Virus record (IMG/VR): IMGVR_UViG_3300012667_000666
Coordinates: 1-32,935 of that record
Reading direction: 5' to 3' (one strand)
Source of the DNA: a virus
Taxonomy: Duplodnaviria > Caudoviricetes
Length of the DNA: 32,935 nt
The position numbers were made by a program, and so were the translations under genes. A model generated the notes under the pieces. The model made no database searches and was not told the origin of the DNA. It saw nothing but the letters and a program-made list of their open reading frames with translations. Of this stretch, positions 24,368 through 32,935 are shown one piece after another. Position 1 is the stretch's first letter; the number at the start of each line of letters is the position of its first letter.

Positions 24368-26076
24368 GCTATCCTCGAAAAGTTCTTGTGCTTCTCAAAC
24401 TTAATCACGTGCTCAAATTTCTCGAACAATTGATCTCCTTTATGACTGATAATGAACGTGTTTGTGTCTGAAGTGACCCCGTTCAATATCTTCATAAACT
24501 CTTCAGTACCAGACCCGTCTAGGGAGCTATCGAAAACCTCGTCCATAATGAGGAGGTTAGTAGAAGCGCTATTACGCAACTTTGCAACAGCTCGCCAAGC
24601 AAACAAAAGGGCAAGGTCAATACGTAACTTTTCACCCTCTGAAAAACTGTCATATGTGAATTCATCTCTAAATCTCGATTTAATTGTTTCTTCAAAATTC
24701 TCGTTCAACTCGAAGTTGACAAAGAAGTCCATAGCGGCAAGGTACTTGTTAATCAGCTTATTGATGATCGGTACATACTGTTTGATGATTTTAGTCTTAA
24801 TTCCGCCATCTTTCAACAGCAAAGACGCAACATCATAGATATTTTTCTGACCAATTAGAGTTTCCTTATCGGCAATGCTGTCAGCCAGCAATTGCTTCAG
24901 TGTATTGACTTCCTCGGTGTTGGTATCAATCTGCGTCGTGTTGGCACGTAGCTTCTCAATCTCAGCTTCGATCCCGGTTATAAAGGAATGCCACGTGCGT
25001 ATCTGCACGAGAAGATCAGACACTTCTCTATTCTTCGACGATATGTCCGTGGATACATCCGCAATGGCGGAAAGGCGAGCATTGATAGTGTTTAATTCCT
25101 CTGCGATCTTTTCTTTACCAGCTTGCATCTCGGTAAGCTGGTCGCTGCCCTTCTTGATGATAGACGTTTTATGATCATGAGCAATCCCTTGACGGCACGT
25201 TGGGCAATCATCATGCTCGCTGAAGAACTCCGTCTCTTTTCTAATCTTGTCGAGTTTATTATCGACCTGTCTTGCGATCGTGTTAATTTTCTCTAACCGG
25301 GCGCGCACCTTAGGTTGATCTTCAATGCTAGATTGCAGGTTGGCGATCTCGCTCTGTATCGAAGTCGACTGGGTGTCTGCTTCATCGATCTGCTGATGCA
25401 GGTTGCGAAGCTGTTGCTCCTTCTGGCTGATCAATTCATCGTTGTTCTGCTTCAGCGCATTAATGTGTTTGTTGTATAAGTCGATCTTATCAGCTGTTGA
25501 TTTGAGCGCATAGTCAGCATCGCCGATCTTAATCTTGTTGACGTTCTGCTTATCCTTGAGCAATACGTTCATCGTTGAGAAGATCTGAATGTCCAGCAAG
25601 TCCTCAATCACCTCGCGACGATGAGCCGCAGGTAGTTGCATGAACGGAACAAACGAAGCACTTCCCAGAATAACAATCTGAGAAAATGAACGGTAGTTGA
25701 GCTTGAGAATTTGCTTCTCGAGCATCTCTTGATACTCACGTGCATCAGAATGCTGGTCGAGCAATGTCCCGTCCACGTAGATTTCAAATAGGTTTGGCTT
25801 GATGCCGCGTTTGATTTGGTAACTTCTCTTACCGACCTTGAACTCTATCTCAACGACGAGACCTTTACCGTTGATTGAATTCAACAGCTGGTTCTTGTTA
25901 ATCTTACGGAACGGCTTACCATACAACGCAAAACACAGGGCATCGAGAATGGTGGACTTGCCTGCTCCATTCTCACCCACGATCAACGAAGTCTTATGTG
26001 CATTCAATGCAATCTCAGTAAACGCATTACCGGTACTGAGGATGTTCTTCCATCTTAGTTTTTCAAATACAATCAT
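24364..26076 (-). CDS. gp46: Recombination endonuclease subunit, Rad50/SbcC-like (gp46)
   Basis: Walker A GENGAGKS, Zn hook CPTC, signature FSEGE, Walker B IMDEVFDS, H-loop ISH. Confidence 0.97.
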   Translation of the reverse strand: MIVFEKLRWKNILSTGNAFTEIALNAHKTSLIVGENGAGKSTILDALCFALYGKPFRKINKNQLLNSINGKGLVVEIEFKVGKRSYQIKRGIKPNLFEIYVDGTLLDQHSDAREYQEMLEKQILKLNYRSFSQIVILGSASFVPFMQLPAAHRREVIEDLLDIQIFSTMNVLLKDKQNVNKIKIGDADYALKSTADKIDLYNKHINALKQNNDELISQKEQQLRNLHQQIDEADTQSTSIQSEIANLQSSIEDQPKVRARLEKINTIARQVDNKLDKIRKETEFFSEHDDCPTCRQGIAHDHKTSIIKKGSDQLTEMQAGKEKIAEELNTINARLSAIADVSTDISSKNREVSDLLVQIRTWHSFITGIEAEIEKLRANTTQIDTNTEEVNTLKQLLADSIADKETLIGQKNIYDVASLLLKDGGIKTKIIKQYVPIINKLINKYLAAMDFFVNFELNENFEETIKSRFRDEFTYDSFSEGEKLRIDLALLFAWRAVAKLRNSASTNLLIMDEVFDSSLDGSGTEEFMKILNGVTSDTNTFIISHKGDQLFEKFEHVIKFEKHKNFSRIA

Positions 26077-27131
26077 TCTACAGACAATGCCTCTTGATAA
26101 AGATCTTGCATAAGTTTGTTGAGCTGCTTACGGTCAACATTCACATCTACCTGCTCAATATACTTCTTGAGGATAGTGATGGTATCCTCTGCTTCATTGA
26201 CAATGTCATCGTCTACTTCGAGATCCAAGTTGAGGTGGTCTTCAACCACTTGCATATCTGCAACCCCACTCTTTTCGAGACGCTCAATGTACTTGTCGAA
26301 GCATACGGGATTATCCTTGTTCTTGATAATCACCTTGACGATCTTACCTGCAAGGTTGGACATATCCTCTTGCTTATAGTAATCGACAGTTTGACCTTGA
26401 TCGTTGTAGAATAATTTATAGAACATGCGATCCGGGTTAGGAACAAATGTCAGTTCTCTTGTATCGGTATCATATACATGGAATCCTTTAGGATCATCAT
26501 AGTCTGACCAGGTCAGCTCATATGGCGTGCCGAGGTATTGGATGTTGCGGTTCTGAGACTTATGGTGGAAGTGGCCCGAGATCACAAGCTCATGTTCTTT
26601 GAACACCTCTTGTTCCAATCCTTCGTCATTGAGCATGCCACGTTGCATCTCGAATCCGCGAATCTCAAAATGTCCCGCGATTACGGAGGCGTTCGAGTTC
26701 TGGATAGCAGATACTACCTCAACCTCGTTTTCATCGCATATCCAAGGAACTAGCAGGAATTTGACGCCATCAAACATAACGTCTGTCGGATCATTGACTG
26801 GGATGATACGATCATACCCACGCAGGAGCAAGTCGACGGAGTTAACGTCGTTGGTATTCTTATAGTATGTGTCGTGATTACCAGTCAGTACCCATGTATT
26901 GAATTCGGCATTGAGTGGATCGAACAAATACTTCCGAGCTCTCTTCAAGGACTGGAAGTTAATGTACTTACGGCGATCGAATAAGTCGCCAAGCTGAATC
27001 ACATCCTTAATACCATGCTCCCTCATGTAAGGGAAGAATGTATCGGTATAAAACTTGTCGAAGTGGTCGTGGAATATGGAGCTATCGTTACGCGCACCGA
27101 CGTGCGTATCCCCTAGAATACAGATCTTCAT
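26073..27131 (-). CDS. gp47: Recombination endonuclease subunit, Mre11/SbcD-like (gp47)
   Basis: Phosphoesterase motifs GDTH, GDLFD, GNHD, GHFH. Confidence 0.97.
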   Translation of the reverse strand: MKICILGDTHVGARNDSSIFHDHFDKFYTDTFFPYMREHGIKDVIQLGDLFDRRKYINFQSLKRARKYLFDPLNAEFNTWVLTGNHDTYYKNTNDVNSVDLLLRGYDRIIPVNDPTDVMFDGVKFLLVPWICDENEVEVVSAIQNSNASVIAGHFEIRGFEMQRGMLNDEGLEQEVFKEHELVISGHFHHKSQNRNIQYLGTPYELTWSDYDDPKGFHVYDTDTRELTFVPNPDRMFYKLFYNDQGQTVDYYKQEDMSNLAGKIVKVIIKNKDNPVCFDKYIERLEKSGVADMQVVEDHLNLDLEVDDDIVNEAEDTITILKKYIEQVDVNVDRKQLNKLMQDLYQEALSVE

Positions 27132-27133
27132 AA

Positions 27134-27727
27134 TTACTCCTCAGCGTCAGGGTCGATCATTAGATCTTGTTCACCTGTTGCAGGAATCTGCTCATCGGCC
27201 ATGAAGTTCTCGATGCCCTTCTTAACTCTGACCTTTTTCTTCGCAGCAATCCCGTCTTCGAACGACTTAATGAAGTCGAACATATTCTCATTATCAAGAT
27301 CGATGAGCCCACTATGATGCCCTTCATCGAACTCACCTTGCTGGACGAGCTCATTCATAAGCATGGAATTTTCCATCGTCTTATGCTTGATATAGATCTG
27401 CTTCTTCTCTTTTAGTATTCGACGTAAGAAGGCAAAGTAGATGATCTGTGTGAAGTACGCAAATGGGTTGTTGGATTTACTAGGATCAAAATTATCAATA
27501 TAACTAATACAATTTTCAATTCCATCGCTAATCATCTCATCTTTGTATGAATAATTGATGAAGTTGGGCTTGGTGCACAACCTCTTAGCAATCAATAAGA
27601 TACATTCCCCAACATAATTAGGGATCTGCGGACGCGGAGTACCATCAGCTTTAGCTGCGTGGACCTTCTCTCTAAACTCAACCATAACAGCATACAGCTG
27701 TTTATTATCAACGTAGTGTGTTGCCAT
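27134..27727 (-). CDS. gp55: Late-transcription sigma factor (gp55)
   Basis: HYVDNK, PNFINYSYKDEMISDGIENC, NPFAYFTQIIYFAFLRRI; acidic C-terminal tail. Confidence 0.97.
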   Translation of the reverse strand: MATHYVDNKQLYAVMVEFREKVHAAKADGTPRPQIPNYVGECILLIAKRLCTKPNFINYSYKDEMISDGIENCISYIDNFDPSKSNNPFAYFTQIIYFAFLRRILKEKKQIYIKHKTMENSMLMNELVQQGEFDEGHHSGLIDLDNENMFDFIKSFEDGIAAKKKVRVKKGIENFMADEQIPATGEQDLMIDPDAEE

Positions 27728-27752
27728 ACCATTCCAATATTATACTCATCAT

Positions 27753-27781
27753 ATTATCATCAACAAAAACAAAATAGTCAA
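27753..27781 (-). promoter_or_regulatory. Sigma70-type promoter for gp55
   Basis: TTGACT-17 nt-GATAAT on the minus strand. Confidence 0.7.
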
Positions 27782-28180
27782 CTAGTTGAGGGGTCCTTGG
27801 TAGTTTGTTCGCTCGAGAATTGCAGTGTATACATCCAATAAGTCATTACCAGATCCATGCTTTCTAGCAGCTGCACCTAGTAATTCTTCATCGACGCTCT
27901 TATCCACAACCTCCTTACAATACTCCAACGCTTGTTGGTAGTATAGCTCTAGAGCTTCACTGGGAGTCACATAGTGCATAACATCCTCATTCATAAAGCT
28001 ATGTGAATGGGTCGCAGCAAACGGAACGTACCTACTAAGACTAATTGTAGGCATGGGTTGACCAGAGACGAATCTGTAGTTAATAATAAACGGATCATCC
28101 ATAACGCAATAATCACGTGCTTTGGTATTGACTGTACCAATCACTTCAATCCCGTTCTTCAATTTCAGCAATGCTATCAT
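27782..28180 (-). CDS. Conserved T4-like hypothetical protein between uvsW and gp55 (Sm-like fold likely)
   Basis: 132 aa; LLKLKNGIEVIG N-terminus resembling ORF 6456..6740. Confidence 0.75.
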   Translation of the reverse strand: MIALLKLKNGIEVIGTVNTKARDYCVMDDPFIINYRFVSGQPMPTISLSRYVPFAATHSHSFMNEDVMHYVTPSEALELYYQQALEYCKEVVDKSVDEELLGAAARKHGSGNDLLDVYTAILERTNYQGPLN

Positions 28181-28181
28181 A

Positions 28182-29639
28182 TCAGCCTTTCAAATTAACG
28201 GTATAGATTTTATACTCAAACTTCTCTTCTCCATACATCTTGATTCGCTCTGCGAAGTGTTGGATCGTGAAGTTCTTCTTGCTCTTCCATGTCAGATCGT
28301 CTGCTATATCGTATAGCACAGCATCCGTTTTGGTTGTACTCTTACGCAGACCACGTCCGATCGATTGCAATGTTCTTACGCGCGATTTAGAAGGGCTGCT
28401 GAATATAACATTATGTAGGTTTTTGATGTTCACCCCAGTAGAAAACGTACCATACGATGCAACAATAATAGCATCATTTTGTGTCTCTACAATCTTACGG
28501 ATGTCTTCTCGCTCATCACCATCTACCTGACCACTAACAAAGTACACATTCGGACGATCTTTGAGAAGATCATACAATACTTTACCATGCTTATCTACAA
28601 ATTGAAATAGCAGCAGTGTGTTGCCCTTCAATGATAGAGTGAGGTTTTTTATGAACTCATTTCGCTTAGGATTGCGTACAAGCCAGTCAACTTCATCTTT
28701 GTATAGTGCCTTACTGTTGAGCTTGCGGTCTTCGTCTGTATAGCTCAACACGATCGCCTTGATCGAGAAGTTGGCAAGGTGCTTTTGTTGGATCAGTTCA
28801 GCTGTAGTAGTGACTTTTCTAATCTGCCCAAATAGTCCTTCCAACACTAGCTTGTGAGTATGAGTGCCATCTAGTGTACCAGTGAATCCGAATCTGTATG
28901 GGCAGTCGGTCATTTTGGTCATAATATCAGTCAAGCTCTTTGCCTTAAACTGATGAGCTTCGTCTCCAATGATAACATCAAACTGATCAAACCACTTCTT
29001 CGGTTGCTTATAGATCGATTGCCACGTCGAAACGATTACGCGCTTATTGGAATCTTTATCTTCTCCAGCAGTAATCTTGTGACACATCCCTTTACCGTAC
29101 TTTGAGTATGTCTCGAAGTCCGATGCCATTTGATGGACCAGTGATGTGGTAGGCACAACTATCAGACACTTATTGGTCGTCTTCGTGAGACAATACATCA
29201 GCGTCAAGAAGATAATGAATGACTTACCCGAGGCCGTAGGCGACAACATCACTGCGCGGCGGTTACGAATCGCGTGGACAAATGCGTCTAGCTGATAGTC
29301 TCTCGGTTCGAGCTCGAGCTTGAGCTTCTTGCAGAACTCACGGGCCTCTTCCAAAGAGAAGTTATCAGCACCACTCTCTTGAGCGTACTGAACTTCGTAG
29401 TCGCGTTCTTTTGCAAATTGCTCGATGTATGGAACAAGGCCAGCATACACGAGCCTCGTCATTAGATTGAATAGACGGATCTTACCGTCCCACATCTTGT
29501 TTCTGTACTTCGGAGTGAACTTAGCACCAGGTACAGCGAATGTGAAGTATTCGCTTAGCTCATATGCAGCGCCATCATCCGTAGTATATACGCGGACATG
29601 GACATCGTTAAATTTCTCTATGTAAAGAGTGGTCTTCAT
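28182..29639 (-). CDS. uvsW: SF2 DNA helicase UvsW
   Basis: WDGKIRLF, PRDYQ, SPTASGKS, DEAH, TGT, LQSIGRGLR; ATG 29639 overlaps the uvsY stop. Confidence 0.97.
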   Translation of the reverse strand: MKTTLYIEKFNDVHVRVYTTDDGAAYELSEYFTFAVPGAKFTPKYRNKMWDGKIRLFNLMTRLVYAGLVPYIEQFAKERDYEVQYAQESGADNFSLEEAREFCKKLKLELEPRDYQLDAFVHAIRNRRAVMLSPTASGKSFIIFLTLMYCLTKTTNKCLIVVPTTSLVHQMASDFETYSKYGKGMCHKITAGEDKDSNKRVIVSTWQSIYKQPKKWFDQFDVIIGDEAHQFKAKSLTDIMTKMTDCPYRFGFTGTLDGTHTHKLVLEGLFGQIRKVTTTAELIQQKHLANFSIKAIVLSYTDEDRKLNSKALYKDEVDWLVRNPKRNEFIKNLTLSLKGNTLLLFQFVDKHGKVLYDLLKDRPNVYFVSGQVDGDEREDIRKIVETQNDAIIVASYGTFSTGVNIKNLHNVIFSSPSKSRVRTLQSIGRGLRKSTTKTDAVLYDIADDLTWKSKKNFTIQHFAERIKMYGEEKFEYKIYTVNLKG

Positions 29640-30073
29640 TATCCGCCCATCTGGAATCGAGTCCAATCGATGGCGTTCTTGATTTGGAATCCTCTGTTCG
29701 TGAGGCTCTTGATAGCGGAGTCGAGAAAATCAACCTTCTCCTTTTGCATATCAACCTTCAACTGCAACATCTGCAATTCTTCATCGCCATCCAAATAGAG
29801 GCTCAGGTCTGTACGCAGAATCTTCAACATGAACGGTTCCCATTGCTGTTCGCGCAGGTCTTCCTCACTTATAATCCCAGTGTAGTATTCATGCTTTAAG
29901 CGCAGCAATCTCTTATAATCCGATTCCAACTTCTTCAACGTCAGTCTTTCTTGCGAAAAGATGTTGAAGTATTTGCTATGCAGTTGGGGGATTTTCAGAC
30001 TTGCTTCACCTAGTTCTGTACGATCAATTGCGCTGTCTTGTTTCCAAGCAGCTTGTATATCATCAAGTTTCAC
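29639..30073 (-). CDS. uvsY: Recombination mediator UvsY
   Basis: IPQLHSKY, EYYTG, RGFQIKNAIDW; gp3-uvsY-uvsW synteny. Confidence 0.93.
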   Translation of the reverse strand: MKLDDIQAAWKQDSAIDRTELGEASLKIPQLHSKYFNIFSQERLTLKKLESDYKRLLRLKHEYYTGIISEEDLREQQWEPFMLKILRTDLSLYLDGDEELQMLQLKVDMQKEKVDFLDSAIKSLTNRGFQIKNAIDWTRFQMGG

Positions 30074-30588
30074 AGTACTTTAATATTAAAGGTCCTAAAG
30101 GCGAATGTGGCAGTACATTCCAAATGGTCAACGTCCGTAATTGTACTACTAAAGTTGACACTTGACAACGAGGTTGGGTGTGCATCCACAAAAGTAATTT
30201 CGTGGCTTATATTCTTAGAGCTGGACAACACGAATAGCTTGATGTCCGATATCGCTTGCTCACTGGCAGCAGGGAATGCTACAGAGCGGTCAAAGCTTTG
30301 GTTAAAGCTGTCTGGGAATCCTAGACCATTAATCCAATTGAGGATCTCGATATAGTTCTCAAGCTTCTCATCCAACTTGAATACAACTGTCAATTCACTA
30401 TATGTTACATGATCGCCGCCCAATTGTAAACGGCTGAACGGAGTAGGCACACTGGCCTGACCTAAGTTCAATGAAGGAAGGGAAACCTCTTGCACGAAGT
30501 AGTTGACGCTAGGTGCACGCTCAATCAACAGCTTGAAGCCAAGCGGTGAAAGAAAGTTTACTGTATCTGGTTGTGTTCCAATAGCCAT
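30070..30588 (-). CDS. gp3: Tail completion / sheath stabilizer protein (gp3)
   Basis: NFLSPLGF, YFVQEVSLPS, DEKLENYIEILNWI, FVDAHPTSLS; late promoter upstream. Confidence 0.88.
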   Translation of the reverse strand: MAIGTQPDTVNFLSPLGFKLLIERAPSVNYFVQEVSLPSLNLGQASVPTPFSRLQLGGDHVTYSELTVVFKLDEKLENYIEILNWINGLGFPDSFNQSFDRSVAFPAASEQAISDIKLFVLSSSKNISHEITFVDAHPTSLSSVNFSSTITDVDHLECTATFAFRTFNIKVL

Positions 30589-30605
30589 TATGATCTCCTG
30601 TCAAC

Positions 30606-30613
30606 TATTTATC
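30606..30613 (-). promoter_or_regulatory. T4-type late promoter (GATAAATA) for gp3
   Basis: Minus strand GATAAATA followed by an AGGAG RBS and ATG. Confidence 0.75.
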
Positions 30614-30618
30614 CCAAT

Positions 30619-30644
30619 AAAAAAGGGCTACCGAAGTAGCCCTT
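30619..30644 (-). terminator. Intrinsic terminator after gp23 with a cUUCGg tetraloop
   Basis: AAGGGCTAC-TTCG-GTAGCCCTT followed by a T tract. Confidence 0.92.
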
Positions 30645-30667
30645 GTAAAGATCTCTCTTAGTGGAGA

Positions 30668-32002
30668 TTACATAATGTTGTCGACCAACACTCTGCGGTA
30701 GTAGACGTTGCTGTCTTTGTTCAATGCGCCCAAACCAGCTGTAGCACCTTCTGCGAATGGGTTTGCAACCATTCCGTAACGTGTCTTGAAGCCGATCTTA
30801 GGTTGGAAAGAACCTGTGTCAACAGCACGAACCATTTGCAATGGAACGTATGGGCAGTAGAACAAGCCAGCGTCAAATGCAGAAGCGCCTTTGTAGCCGA
30901 TTGTCATGTAGTTGCCAGTTGCATATGGGTCGATATAGACCTTCATGCGACCGTTCAATACACCTGCGAATGTTGCGCCAGTGTCGTCAACTTGCAAGTT
31001 GTTGCTATTCAAAGCAGGAGTGTAATCAAGAACACCAGCCATTTGAAGTGCGGATGCAACGTCAGATGAACAGATGATAATGTTACCCTTACCACGTCTG
31101 GTAGCCTTAGCGATTTGGTTAGCTTCACGCTCGATTTGGAACATCAAGCCCTTGAATTTTTCAACAGACCAACGACCGTTAGAATCAACGTCCAAGTCGA
31201 AACGACCAGCAGTTGTAGTTCCTTCAGTAGCGCCTTGTGTAGCTGTAACGTTGATTGTACGAACAACTTCACGGTTGATTTCCGCAAGGATTTCACCAGT
31301 AAGGATGTTAGACAATTCTGTCTCAGCGTCAAGTCCGTGAACTGCTTTCAAGTCTTGTGCAAGTTCCATTGTGTATTCTGCCTTCAAAGCACGTGTCTTT
31401 GCAGTAACAGATACTTTCTCGATCGAGAATGCCATTTCTGGGAACGCTGTGTTGCCAGAAGTACCCAATGCCTCAGCTTGTGCACGAGACATACCAGTAC
31501 CTGTGTTGTAAGTACCGCTATCAGCGTTGTTTGCAACACCTGGAACACCACCAACGTGCTTATTGCCGAAGCTATTAGCACCGGAGAGAACAGAGCTGTA
31601 AGCTGTGTTAACTTCGTTGTAGAATGTTTCTGTGTTTGCTTGGTCTGTATAACGTGCGCGCATTGCGAAGATCAAGCCAGTTGGGCCAGTCATTGGCTGT
31701 ACGCCGCAGATGTCATAAGCAATGAGGTTAGGCATTGCACGACGGACCAAGCTGATCAACACTGGATCGAACGTGTCGATAGCGCCGTCAGATGCTGTGG
31801 AGCTAGAAGCGCCCATAGCGTTTGTGTGTGGAGCTTCTGTCAAATACTGACCGCCGTATTGGCCAGATTCGCGAAGTGCCTTCTCTGTGTTCTCTAGAAG
31901 AACAGCAGTTACGCCACGACGATGTGCATCCTTGATAGATGGCAAATCTGTGTGCTCAATAACCGGAGCCCATTTTTGTTGAATGTCTTCTGATAAGTAC
32001 AT
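30668..32002 (-). CDS. gp23: Major capsid protein (gp23)
   Basis: LVRRAMPNLIAYDICGVQPMTGPTGLIFAMR, KTRALKAEYTMELAQDLKAVHGLDAE, YCPYVPL, FQPKIGFKTRYG. Confidence 0.99.
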   Translation of the reverse strand: MYLSEDIQQKWAPVIEHTDLPSIKDAHRRGVTAVLLENTEKALRESGQYGGQYLTEAPHTNAMGASSSTASDGAIDTFDPVLISLVRRAMPNLIAYDICGVQPMTGPTGLIFAMRARYTDQANTETFYNEVNTAYSSVLSGANSFGNKHVGGVPGVANNADSGTYNTGTGMSRAQAEALGTSGNTAFPEMAFSIEKVSVTAKTRALKAEYTMELAQDLKAVHGLDAETELSNILTGEILAEINREVVRTINVTATQGATEGTTTAGRFDLDVDSNGRWSVEKFKGLMFQIEREANQIAKATRRGKGNIIICSSDVASALQMAGVLDYTPALNSNNLQVDDTGATFAGVLNGRMKVYIDPYATGNYMTIGYKGASAFDAGLFYCPYVPLQMVRAVDTGSFQPKIGFKTRYGMVANPFAEGATAGLGALNKDSNVYYRRVLVDNIM

Positions 32003-32052
32003 TTTTTTCCCCTTTTCCTAATTTTCTTAGTTAATAAAAAACTGCGTAAACT

Positions 32053-32060
32053 TATTTATG
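32053..32060 (-). promoter_or_regulatory. T4-type late promoter (CATAAATA) for gp23
   Basis: NATAAATA in the gp22-gp23 intergenic region. Confidence 0.7.
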
Positions 32061-32065
32061 TTTGT

Positions 32066-32935
32066 TTATTTCTTGACTGTTCTGGAGATAGCGCTCACAT
32101 AGTGAGATACTGGTCCAGTAGCAGGCTTAGCTGGTGCTTCTTCGTTCAGATCAACTTGTGTGTCTTCTGCAATAGTAGTCACAGTAGTAGTCTTCTGGTT
32201 GAAGTATTGCTCTTTAACAATAGCGAGTTTCTTGCCATAAGTTTCTGCGCTGTCGTAAGACACGCCTTCTGCTAGGGCACGGAACTTCTCTACTTGTGAA
32301 AGTGCAAGGCCTTCAGAAACATCAGCAAAGATTGAATTCTTTGTGCTTTCCTCAAGCTTCTTCTCAAGTTCAATCTTTTCTGCAACTAGTGCATTGTACT
32401 TGCTCTCCATGTCTTCGATAGAAGCGGCCATTTCGTCGATGACGTTGACTTTCTCTTCTGGGACGTTGATGTAGCTTTCCTCAAAAAGACCTTTGAGCTT
32501 GGTGATGAACTCTTCTGTCAATTCAGTACGTAGGGAAGATTCGATGGCAACTTCATTTTGCTTCATCCACTCTTCTACAACGTAGTCAAGGTATTCGTTG
32601 ACCTTGTCGCTGAGTTCTTCTTTCATTTCGCTGACTGCTGATTGGAATGACTCTTCTAGAGCTGCTTCCTTAGCTGCGAATTCTTCTTCGATCGTTGTCT
32701 TTGCAGCAACGACTTGAGCAGATACTGCTGCTTCAAAGATGACGGTAGCCTTTTCCTTGAATTCCTCGGAAAGGTCGTCGCCCATGATGGCAAGCATTTC
32801 TTCTTTAACGCTGTTAGGTACAAAGCTGTATGATTGGCCTGCTTGTGCAGCACTGCCCTTCATTGCAACAGATGCTTTATGAGAAGCAGCGTTGTCAGCC
32901 GTAGCCTTAGTGTTGTTAGCGCTGTCCGTGTCTTG
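32066..32935 (-). CDS. gp22: Prohead core scaffold protein (gp22), 5' end outside the window
   Basis: LSEEFKEKATVIFEAAV, YLDYVVEEWM, LKGLFEESYI; frame stays open from 32863 to the window edge; directly upstream of gp23. Confidence 0.93.
   Translation of the reverse strand, partial: QDTDSANNTKATADNAASHKASVAMKGSAAQAGQSYSFVPNSVKEEMLAIMGDDLSEEFKEKATVIFEAAVSAQVVAAKTTIEEEFAAKEAALEESFQSAVSEMKEELSDKVNEYLDYVVEEWMKQNEVAIESSLRTELTEEFITKLKGLFEESYINVPEEKVNVIDEMAASIEDMESKYNALVAEKIELEKKLEESTKNSIFADVSEGLALSQVEKFRALAEGVSYDSAETYGKKLAIVKEQYFNQKTTTVTTIAEDTQVDLNEEAPAKPATGPVSHYVSAISRTVKK

Noticed and set aside
31115-31897. 260-aa plus-strand ORF
   Set aside because: Antisense shadow of gp23 caused by codon bias; no RBS or motif
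1-32935. CRISPR array, tRNA genes, integrase or transposase, alternative genetic code
   Set aside because: No spaced direct repeats or cloverleafs seen in the short intergenic gaps; no recombinase motifs; core genes are full length in the standard code

Overview
This window is a 33-kb segment of a T4-like (myovirus) phage genome, coded almost entirely on the minus strand. The conserved T4 core order runs from right to left: gp22 (partial), gp23 major capsid, gp3, uvsY, uvsW, gp55, gp47, gp46, gp45, gp44, gp62, regA and gp43 DNA polymerase. Two accessory islands interrupt it. (1) Between gp46 and gp45 (about 15.1-24.4 kb) lies a probable 7-deazaguanine DNA-modification cluster: queE, queD, folE, a DpdL-like T-fold protein and a DpdA3-like transglycosylase, with no queC in the window. 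These are interleaved with a purine phosphoribosyltransferase, a dNMP kinase, a trimeric dUTPase/dCTP-deaminase-fold protein, a PD-(D/E)XK-like nuclease, a short nucleotide-sugar dehydrogenase, a GT-A glycosyltransferase and peptide deformylase. This gene set suggests a nucleotide-pool (pre-replicative) route to G substitution. (2) Between regA and gp43 (about 3.9-11 kb) lies a stress/host-takeover island: dCMP deaminase, ahpC-ahpD with a partial OxyR-like box, a ROSE-like thermometer leader ahead of a phasin-like ORF, hsp20, a DUF3563-like ORF, a GNAT and an SPFH protein, plus a lone plus-strand late-promoter membrane gene pair. The host-like genes suggest a betaproteobacterial host (inference). 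All calls come from motif recognition by eye; no database searches were run.
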